Below the pieces are notes generated by a model, which was given only the letters and a program-made list of their open reading frames with translations, was not told the DNA's origin and ran no database searches. From assembly GCA_963666565.1 (NCBI GenBank), contig OY762911.1, forward strand, positions 2,816,001-2,880,000: 64,000 bases of DNA. The letters are read 5' to 3'. A program made the translations under genes and the position numbers. This stretch comes from Thermoanaerobaculia bacterium (GTDB lineage: Bacteria > Acidobacteriota > Thermoanaerobaculia > Multivoradales > Multivoraceae). Shown piece after piece: positions 56,831 to 64,000 of this stretch (positions within the stretch are counted from its first letter, which is position 1; each line of letters begins with the position of its first letter).

Positions 56831-58048
56831 TCAATACTTGAGCGTCTCGCCTTCGGACTTCGCGATGACCGCGGCGCCGACGGAGTCGGAGGTGATGTTC
56901 ACGACCGTCCGGAACATGTCGAGCGGCCGGTCGACGCTGAGCATCAGGCCGGCGAGGGCGTAGGCCTCCGGCGTCGTCAGGTCGATCGCCTCCAGCACGA
57001 TGAAGATCATGACCAGGCCGGCCGAGGGGATCGCCGCCGCGCCGACCGAGGCCAGCAGCGCCGTCAGCACGACGACCAGTTGCGTGTAGATCGAAAGCTC
57101 GGCGCCCAGGGCCTGGGCGATGAAGAGCGCGCCGACGACCTCCAGCAGGGCGGTTCCGTCCATGTTGACCGTGGCGCCCATCGGCGTGACGAAGCTGGTC
57201 ACCCGGTTCGAGACGCCGGCCTTTTCCCGCAGGCACTTCATCGTCATCGGCAGGGTGGCCGCCGAGGAACTCGTCGAGAAGGCCATCGCCATCGCCGATG
57301 CCATCGCGCGGTAGTGGTGCAACGGGTTCTTCCGGGCGAGCAGGGCGAAGAGCAGCGGCAGGACGACGAACAGGTGCAACGTGAGACCGACCGCGATCGT
57401 CAGCACGTACTTGCCGACCTGCTGGAACACTTCGAGTCCCATCTGGCTGACCGCGCGGGCGAGCAGGGCGAAGACGCCGATGGGCAGCAGGCGGATCACC
57501 CAGGTCGTCACCTTCATCATCGCTTCGAAGCCTGCGCTGAAGCCCTCGCGGAGCAGGTCGCCCGTCTTGCCGGTCATCACGCCGATCGCGGCGCCGAGCA
57601 CGATCGAGAAGAAGATGAGCCCGAGGATGTCGCCGCCGGCCGCCGCGCCTACCGGGTTGTCCGGAACGAGGCGCTGGATGATGTCGGCCATGGAACTCGG
57701 CGTCTGCAGATCGTCCGGGGTAAGGGGCTCCACGCCCTCCGGCATGACGAGACCCTTGCCGGGCCGTATGCTGTTGGCGAGCGTGAGTCCGACCAGGATC
57801 GCCATGAAACTGCTCAGCGCGTACCAGAGAAGGGTCTTGCCTCCCAGGCGGCCGATCGACCTGCCGTCGCCGATGCCGGACACGCCATGCACGATCGAGG
57901 TGAAGATCAGGGGCACGATGACCATCCTGAGCAGGCGCATGAAGAGGTCGGCGATCCAGCCGATCCAGCCCACCTCTCCGAAGACCAGGGCGAAGCAAAG
58001 CCCCAGCGCCATGCCGATGAGTACCTGCCAGTGAAGAGCGAGTTTCAT
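56831..58048 (-). CDS. Dicarboxylate/amino acid:cation symporter (GltP family)
   Basis: FSTSSSAATLP, GATVNMDGTA, DRPLDMFRTVVN. Confidence 0.93.
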   Translation of the reverse strand: MKLALHWQVLIGMALGLCFALVFGEVGWIGWIADLFMRLLRMVIVPLIFTSIVHGVSGIGDGRSIGRLGGKTLLWYALSSFMAILVGLTLANSIRPGKGLVMPEGVEPLTPDDLQTPSSMADIIQRLVPDNPVGAAAGGDILGLIFFSIVLGAAIGVMTGKTGDLLREGFSAGFEAMMKVTTWVIRLLPIGVFALLARAVSQMGLEVFQQVGKYVLTIAVGLTLHLFVVLPLLFALLARKNPLHHYRAMASAMAMAFSTSSSAATLPMTMKCLREKAGVSNRVTSFVTPMGATVNMDGTALLEVVGALFIAQALGAELSIYTQLVVVLTALLASVGAAAIPSAGLVMIFIVLEAIDLTTPEAYALAGLMLSVDRPLDMFRTVVNITSDSVGAAVIAKSEGETLKY

Positions 58049-59372
58049 GAGTCGGCAGGGTAGCACGCGGGGAAGGGCCGGAAGGCGGCCCCGGCGCCGG
58101 CAGAGCGGGCGCCGGCGGGATGGCTCTCCGGGTGCGCGGACCAGGCGGCGGCCTGGGGCTGCCCGCCGGTTCGCGGCCGCGCTTGCCCGCAACCGCGTTC
58201 TGGCGCTCGCCGCGGCGCTCGCGCTCGCCGTGCTCGCGGCGAGCTGCGGCAGCGTGCGCTACTACTCGCAGGCCGTCGCCGGCGGGGCCGGGGTGCTGGT
58301 CAAGCGCCGTTCCATCGACCGCCTGCTCGAACCGGGGCGCGCGGAGATTCTCGCCGCCGCGACGAGGGAACGGCTGCGGCTGACCCAGGAGATCCGCGAC
58401 TTCGCCAGCCGCGAGCTCGCGCTGCCGGACAACCGGAGCTACCGGAGCTTCGCCGACCTGGGCCGCCCGTACGCGGTGTGGAACGTGGTCGCCGCGCCCC
58501 GGCTCGGCCTGGAGGCGAAGACGTGGTGCTACCCGTTCGCCGGTTGCGCCGCCTACCGCGGTTACTTCGACGAGCGCGCCGCGCGGCGCCACGCCGACCG
58601 GCTGGCGGCCGACGGGTACGACGTGCGCGTCGGCGGCGTGGCGGTGTACTCGACGCTCGGCTGGTTCGCCGACCCAGTGCTGAACACGTTCCTGGACTAC
58701 GCCGACGTGGATCTCGCGGCCGTGATCTTCCATGAACTCGCCCACCAGGTCGTCTACGTCAAGGACGACAGCGTCTTCAACGAGTCGTTCGCGACGGCGG
58801 TCGAGGTCGCGGGCGTGAGGCGTTGGCTCCGTTCCGGGGGCAGGGAAGAGGAACTCGCGGCCTTCGAGCGCGGCCGGGAGCGCCGGCGCGACCTGAACCG
58901 CTTCCTGCTCGACGTGCGCGGCGAACTGGAGGCGATCTACGCGAGCGGCGAGAGCGAGGACCGGAAGCTCGCCCGTAAGGCGGAGGTGTTCCGTTCGCTG
59001 CCCGCGCGCTACCGCCGCGACCTCGTCCCGGCTTGGCGCGCCGCGGGCGACGACGCCGGCGGCGAATCGGACCTGGGCGAATGGCTGGCGCGCTTCAACA
59101 ACGCGGACCTCGTATCGGTGGCGACCTACAACGACCTCGTGCCCGCGTTCCTCGGCCTGCTGGAGGCGTCCGGCGGCGACTTCGGGGCCTTCTACGCTGA
59201 AGTGGAGCGTCTGGCCGAACTGGCGCCGGAAGAACGAGCCCGCTGGGTGCGCGGGTCTTCTGACCCGCTGGCGCCGAAGGCGGCCGGAGAGACGCGCCGG
59301 CCGTCAGGCCGGCTCAGCTCTGGCGGCGCTAACGGTCCAGCACCGCCCGCGCCCGGTCCGGGAAGTCCGTGA
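58047..59372 (+). CDS. Putative zinc aminopeptidase lipoprotein
   Basis: LAASC lipobox, WCYPFAGC..YRGYF, YSTLGWFADP, IFHELAH, FNESFA; start uncertain; tail derived from a REP. Confidence 0.85.
   Translation: MSRQGSTRGRAGRRPRRRQSGRRRDGSPGARTRRRPGAARRFAAALARNRVLALAAALALAVLAASCGSVRYYSQAVAGGAGVLVKRRSIDRLLEPGRAEILAAATRERLRLTQEIRDFASRELALPDNRSYRSFADLGRPYAVWNVVAAPRLGLEAKTWCYPFAGCAAYRGYFDERAARRHADRLAADGYDVRVGGVAVYSTLGWFADPVLNTFLDYADVDLAAVIFHELAHQVVYVKDDSVFNESFATAVEVAGVRRWLRSGGREEELAAFERGRERRRDLNRFLLDVRGELEAIYASGESEDRKLARKAEVFRSLPARYRRDLVPAWRAAGDDAGGESDLGEWLARFNNADLVSVATYNDLVPAFLGLLEASGGDFGAFYAEVERLAELAPEERARWVRGSSDPLAPKAAGETRRPSGRLSSGGANGPAPPAPGPGSP
59243..59313 (+). repeat. REP-like element inside the aminopeptidase 3' end
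   Basis: ctgggtgcgcgggtcttctgacccgctggcgccgaaggcggcc...gccggccgtcaggccggc. Confidence 0.82.
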
Positions 59373-60297
59373 ACACGCCGTCGACGCCGAGATCGACCAG
59401 GTAGCGGCGCAGTTCCTCCTCGTGGCTCCCATAGCCGTCCGGGACCTGGTCGGCGCGGAAGGTGTAGGGGTGAACCGTGAGACCGGCCGTGCGCGCCCAG
59501 TCGAGCAGTTCGGGCTGGCGCTCGATCATCGTCTTCGCCGGTCCGAGGCCGGTCGCGAACTTCGCGACGCCGGCGATGCCCTCGGCGCTCAGGAACGGCC
59601 GGTACCGCTCGACCTCGGCCATCAGGAACACCTGCGGCAGTTCCGAGCCGAGCGCGCGCAGGCGCCTCAGGCTCTCCTCCTCGAAGCTCTGCACGAAGAC
59701 CGGCGCGCCTTCCTCCAGGTAGCCGTAGCGGTCGAGCGCTTCGAGCAGCGCCTCCTCGATCTCCAGCCCCTGCTCGCGGTGCCAGGCCGGCGCCTTGAGT
59801 TCCGGGTAGATGCCGACGCGGCGGCCGGTGCCCTCGTTCAGGCCCTGGACGAGTTCGATCATCTCGGTGAAGGCCGGCACGGCGAAGCGGCTGGCGCCCC
59901 TGGGGAACCGGTCGCCGAGCCTCTCGTCGGCCTGCAGCCGGCGGACCTCCTCGATCGTGAAGTCGGCGGCGTACCAGCGGCCGTCCTCCCGGGCGCGGTC
60001 GGGGAAGACCTGCTCGACGTTCGTCGTCGCCTGCAGGTAGACGTCGTGCAGGCAGATCAGGTGGCCGTCCCGGGTCATCACGAGGTCCGGCTCGATGTAG
60101 TCGGCGCCCATGCCGTGGGCGAGGGCGTAGGCCGGCAGCGTGTGCTCCGGCAGGTAGCCGCTGGCGCCGCGGTGGGCGATGACGATGGGGGCTGGCGTCA
60201 TGGCTGTCGCGTTCGACTCATCTTCGGTTGCCGCGCCCGCGGGAGTCGCCAGAGCCAACGGCACCACGAGACTGGAGAGAGCGATCCGACCTGCCAT
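59329..60297 (-). CDS. Secreted glycerophosphodiester phosphodiesterase
   Basis: IAHRGASGYLPEHT, YIEPDLV.TRDG..CLHD, YPELK, VQSF, HPYTFR, GVFTDFP. Confidence 0.92.
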   Translation of the reverse strand: MAGRIALSSLVVPLALATPAGAATEDESNATAMTPAPIVIAHRGASGYLPEHTLPAYALAHGMGADYIEPDLVMTRDGHLICLHDVYLQATTNVEQVFPDRAREDGRWYAADFTIEEVRRLQADERLGDRFPRGASRFAVPAFTEMIELVQGLNEGTGRRVGIYPELKAPAWHREQGLEIEEALLEALDRYGYLEEGAPVFVQSFEEESLRRLRALGSELPQVFLMAEVERYRPFLSAEGIAGVAKFATGLGPAKTMIERQPELLDWARTAGLTVHPYTFRADQVPDGYGSHEEELRRYLVDLGVDGVFTDFPDRARAVLDR

Positions 60298-60305
60298 GCC
60301 GCGGC

Positions 60306-62471
60306 TCACGCCGGAGCGGATTCGGGCGAGACGCTCGCGGTCCCGGGCAGCGCCTCGACCTCGACCCGGGCATCGTTGAAGCAGGCGCCCTGGCCGATGT
60401 CGGTCAGCGTGTCGGGCGCGAGGGCGCAGGCGTTGGTACCCGACTCCGTGCTCCTGGCCCAGACTCCCTTGGGCATCAGGACGACGCCGGGCTTGAGGTC
60501 CGCGCTGAGGCGCAGGCGGCAGACGACCTCGCCGTATTCGTTGAACACCCGCACTCGCGGCTTGTCGGCGACCGCCCTCTTGGGCGCCGCGGCCTCGGCG
60601 CGTTCGCCCGTACCCTTCTGGCCGGGCCTCTCCGCTCTGCCGCGGGCCGCGGCCGAACCTCCCAGCCCGCGCGCCGCGGCATCTTCCGGGTGCATCTCGA
60701 GCGGCACCTGGCCCTTCCGCAACTGGCCGAAGGTCGAACTGACGGTCCCCGGCACGGAGGGCGAGATGAGCGTCAACGGGTAGCGCGTCCCGCCGGGCGG
60801 CGCGTGGTAGGCGTAGAGCCCGACGCTCGCCTCCATGTCCAGCGACCGGGGGCACAGGCGGACCCTGCGGTCCGGCGTGCAGGGGAAGGCGTCGACGAAC
60901 TGGACCGGCCGGCGGCCGGTCTTCGGTAGGGCGTACCGCCCCTCGGCGAGCCGCCGCTCGCGCTCCCGGCCGAGGATCTCCCGCGTCCACTCCGCGTCGG
61001 TGCGCGGACCGTCCTCGCGCAGCAGGCCGAGCCGTTCCGCCAGGTCGCCGAACACGCGGTTGTTCGAGCGCGCCTCGCCGACCGGCGGTGCGACCGGCTT
61101 CGCGGCGTGCAACACCATTGCGCCGTAGCCCATCGCCAGGTCGTCGTGCTCCAGGAACGCGGTGGCCGGCAGCACGAGGTCGGCGTACGCGGCGGTGTCG
61201 GTCATCACCTGGTCGAAGACGACGGTGAACAGATCCTCGCGCTCCAGCCCCCGCCGCACCAGCTCCTGGTTCGGCAGCGTGGCGAGCGGATTCGCGTTGT
61301 AGACGAACAGAACCTGGACCGGCGGGCCGGGAATCGCCTCCGGGTCGGTCAGGACGCGGCCGACGTGGTTCATGTTCACGACCCGCGTGCCCGGATGCGG
61401 CTCGCGCCGGCCGACGTCGCGGAACGCGCCGCTGTTGCTCATCGTGTAGCCGCCGCCGCGGACGCCGAACTTGCCCGCGACGGCCGGCAGGGCGAGGATC
61501 GCGGCCACCGCCGAGCCGCCGTTCCGGTTGCGCTCCACGCCCCAGCCGCAGCGGATGACTGCCGGCGACGATTCGGCGTACCACTCGTAGCAGCGCTCCA
61601 GGTCGGCCCGCGGAACGCCCGCCGCCCTGGAGGCCCGCTCGAAGGTCCACGGCTCGGCGCGTTGCCGCAGCTTGTCTTCGCCCGTCGCGTGTTTCGCCAG
61701 GAAGGCGAGATCCGCGTCTCCGCGGCGGAACAGTTCGCGGTGCAGCGCCAGGGCCAGGCAGAGGTCCGTGCCCGGCCGCGGCTGCAGGTGGAGGTCGGCT
61801 TTCTTCGCCAGCGGCGTCCGCCGCGGGTCGACGACGACCAGCCGGCCGCCGCGCGCCTGCATCGCGCGCAGGATCGGCACCAGGTGGATCCCGGTGGAGG
61901 AGGGGTTCGCGCCCCAGACGACGGCGAGTTCGGCGTGCTCGTAGTCCTCGAGCGCGACGCCCGCCATCTTGCCGTAGAGCCCGAGCGCCGCGGCCGTGCT
62001 CGGCGCCGCGCACACGGTGCGCGCCAGCCCGGAGGCGCGGAAGCGCCGGAACAGGATGGCGTCGGCGGTGTCCTGGGTCAGGAGGCCGTTCGAGCCGCCG
62101 TAGCTGAGCGGCAGCACGGATTCGGCCCCGTGCGCTGCCTTCGCGGCCCCCATCCGTTCGACGATCAGGTCGAGGGCGTCGTCCCAGGAGATCCGCTCGA
62201 AGGCCGCGTCGCCCTTCGCGCCGGCGCGCCGCGCCGGGTGCAGCAGCCGGTCCTCGCCGTAGAGATGGCGCGAGATGCGACCGACCTTCGAGCAGATGAA
62301 GCCGCTCGTCAGCGGGTGGGCGACATCGGCCGGCGCCGCGCGCACCTTGTCGACGCGGCCGTCGCGGACCTCGACTTCGAGCGAGCAGGAGTCGGGGCAG
62401 TCGAGGGTGCAGGCGGTGTGGTGAAGCGCCGGCTCGCTGGTCGCGGCGGGCGCCGGATCTGCGATCGTCAT
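60306..62471 (-). CDS. Molybdopterin-dependent oxidoreductase (YoaE-like single subunit)
   Basis: CTLDCPDSC..CSK Fe-S motif, WGANP, VVVDPRRT, TDTAAYADLVLPA, MHPEDAAARG, FNDARVEV. Confidence 0.88.
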   Translation of the reverse strand: MTIADPAPAATSEPALHHTACTLDCPDSCSLEVEVRDGRVDKVRAAPADVAHPLTSGFICSKVGRISRHLYGEDRLLHPARRAGAKGDAAFERISWDDALDLIVERMGAAKAAHGAESVLPLSYGGSNGLLTQDTADAILFRRFRASGLARTVCAAPSTAAALGLYGKMAGVALEDYEHAELAVVWGANPSSTGIHLVPILRAMQARGGRLVVVDPRRTPLAKKADLHLQPRPGTDLCLALALHRELFRRGDADLAFLAKHATGEDKLRQRAEPWTFERASRAAGVPRADLERCYEWYAESSPAVIRCGWGVERNRNGGSAVAAILALPAVAGKFGVRGGGYTMSNSGAFRDVGRREPHPGTRVVNMNHVGRVLTDPEAIPGPPVQVLFVYNANPLATLPNQELVRRGLEREDLFTVVFDQVMTDTAAYADLVLPATAFLEHDDLAMGYGAMVLHAAKPVAPPVGEARSNNRVFGDLAERLGLLREDGPRTDAEWTREILGRERERRLAEGRYALPKTGRRPVQFVDAFPCTPDRRVRLCPRSLDMEASVGLYAYHAPPGGTRYPLTLISPSVPGTVSSTFGQLRKGQVPLEMHPEDAAARGLGGSAAARGRAERPGQKGTGERAEAAAPKRAVADKPRVRVFNEYGEVVCRLRLSADLKPGVVLMPKGVWARSTESGTNACALAPDTLTDIGQGACFNDARVEVEALPGTASVSPESAPA

Positions 62472-62497
62472 GCGCCGAAGCGTACACCCCGAATTCG

Positions 62498-62567
62498 CTG
62501 GGTGCGCGGGTCCTCCCACCCGCTCCCGCCGGAGGCGGCCGGAATGCGACGCTGGCCGGAGGTCGGC
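62498..62567 (+). repeat. Degenerate REP-like element
   Basis: ctgggtgcgcgggtcctcccacccgctcccgccggaggcggcc...gctggccggaggtcggc. Confidence 0.75.
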
Positions 62568-62731
62568 GACCTCCCCCGCGTGAGGGGAACGTCCACGGGC
62601 AATCCGACCCCATCCGGGTTACGATCCCCGCTCCCTGCCGGTCCTTCGCTCATCGGGGTGCCGCGCGGCCTCGGCCGCGACGACGACCCGTCGGCCAGCC
62701 GACCGCCAGAAAGACGACGTCGAGACAGCCA

Positions 62732-63829
62732 ATGCCCGAACAGCGTGTCTTCAACTTCTCGCCCGGTCCGGCGGCGCTGCCGCTGCCGGTTCTTCGGGAG
62801 ATCCAGCGCGACCTGCTCGCGCTGCCGGGCGCCGGCTGTTCGGTTCTGGAGGTCAGCCATCGGTCGCCGGCCTTCGACGCGATCCTGGCCGAAGCCGAGG
62901 CGAACCTGCGCGAGCTGCTCGCCGTCCCGGACGACTACCGGGTGCTCTTCCTCCAGGGCGGCGCGTCGCTCCAGTTCTCGATGATCCCGATCAATCTGCT
63001 GCGCGGCCGGGACCTGCCGGCGAGCTACGTCCTGACCGGGTCGTGGGGCGTCAAGGCCCTGGCGGAGGCGCGGCGCGAGGGCGAGGTCCACGTGGCCTGG
63101 GACGGCAGCGGCGACAACTTCGTGCGCGTGCCGCGCGACGCCGAACTCGATCTGCCGGCGGATTCGGCCTACGTCTACTACGCCTCCAACGAGACGATCC
63201 AGGGCGTCCAGTTCCGCCGCCCGCCGGCGGCCGGCGACGCGCCGCTGGTTTGCGACGCCTCCTCGGACTTCCTGTCCCGTCCCGTCGACGTGAGCAGGTT
63301 CGGCCTGCTCTACGCCTGTACGCAGAAGAACGCCGGTCCCGCCGGGCTGGCCGTGGTCGTCGTCTCGGAGCGGTTGCTCCAGCGCTGCGGCGACGACGTG
63401 CATTCCATGCTCAGCTACCGCCGCCAGGCGGAGAAGGGGTCGCGCCTCAACACGCCGAACGTCTTCGGCGTCTACGTGTTCCTGCTGATGACCCGCTGGC
63501 TGCGCGACGAGGTCGGCGGCCTGGAAGCCGCCGCGGCGCGGGCCGCCGCGAAGAGCGCGATGCTCTACGACGTGCTGGACGAGGACGGCGGCGAGTTCTT
63601 CCTGCCGCACGCGGAACGCGAGAGCCGGTCGCGCATGAACGTGACGTTCCGGCTGCGCCGCCCCGAACTGGAGGAGGCCTTCGTGGCCGGCGCCGCCGAG
63701 CGCGATCTCATGTCGATCAAGGGCCACCGCAGCGTCGGCGGCTTCCGCGTCTCCGCCTACAACGCGATGCCCGCGGAAGGCGTGGAGCGCCTGCGGGACT
63801 ACATGCTGGAGTTCCGCGCCCGACACTGA
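62732..63829 (+). CDS. serC: Phosphoserine aminotransferase
   Basis: FNFSPGPA, EVSHRS, LQGGASLQF, NETIQG, QKNAGPAG (PLP Lys), NTP, GHRSVGGFR..YNA. Confidence 0.96.
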   Translation: MPEQRVFNFSPGPAALPLPVLREIQRDLLALPGAGCSVLEVSHRSPAFDAILAEAEANLRELLAVPDDYRVLFLQGGASLQFSMIPINLLRGRDLPASYVLTGSWGVKALAEARREGEVHVAWDGSGDNFVRVPRDAELDLPADSAYVYYASNETIQGVQFRRPPAAGDAPLVCDASSDFLSRPVDVSRFGLLYACTQKNAGPAGLAVVVVSERLLQRCGDDVHSMLSYRRQAEKGSRLNTPNVFGVYVFLLMTRWLRDEVGGLEAAAARAAAKSAMLYDVLDEDGGEFFLPHAERESRSRMNVTFRLRRPELEEAFVAGAAERDLMSIKGHRSVGGFRVSAYNAMPAEGVERLRDYMLEFRARH

Positions 63830-63844
63830 GCGGAGGCCAGCCGG

Positions 63845-64000
63845 ATGGGCAAGGCGAGCAGGAGAAAGAAGGCGCGCCGGCAGCGCAGGGCCGAAGCCTC
63901 GCCCGATGCCCGCTCCCGGGCGGCGACGACCGCGGACTCCGGGGGCGGCGGCGCCGTTGCCGCGGGAGTCGATTCCGCGGCGGCGGACGCGAGTTTCCCG
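63845..64000 (+). CDS. Hypothetical protein, N-terminus only (runs off window)
   Basis: GGAGG RBS, ATG, open frame MGKASRRKKARRQRR... Confidence 0.55.
   Translation, partial: MGKASRRKKARRQRRAEASPDARSRAATTADSGGGGAVAAGVDSAAADASFP

Noticed and set aside
62570-62731. Riboswitch or leader RNA upstream of serC
   Set aside because: Only generic GC hairpins; no recognisable aptamer consensus. An Rfam scan would settle it

Overview
High-GC, gene-dense bacterial chromosome segment. It is probably from an Acidobacteriota genome (inferred from an acidobacterial-type VWA protein and a lone GspG/pilin paralog). About 54 CDSs run from a 5'-truncated metG to serC. No rRNA, tRNA, CRISPR array or intact transposase was seen. 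The main feature is a minus-strand respiratory cluster (about 4-25 kb). It has actA-actB-actE of Alternative Complex III but lacks the quinol-oxidising ActC/ActD/ActF subunits. A lone, divergent CydA-like (bd-like) membrane protein and three c-type cytochromes follow, one carrying an EbdC/NxrC-like heme domain and one a CX3CH motif. A putative maturation kit comes next: a USP fusion, Mrp/ApbC, a Zn-ribbon protein, an AhbD-like radical SAM and an FGE-fold protein, with five PCP_red-like modules shared among three of them. A SCO gene is divergent. Other content: a CP-ATP-grasp/alpha-E/transglutaminase trio coupled to a partner-switching, sensor and MacAB-type exporter run; a small lower-GC islet encoding a secreted (CX3CX6)-periodic Cys-rich protein; a Gld-like ABC system; a three-hairpin REP-like repeat in 7 copies, three of them read in frame inside proteins; two long inverted-repeat elements; and a probable DUF4143 ATPase remnant. 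All calls come from reading motifs by eye; no database searches were run.
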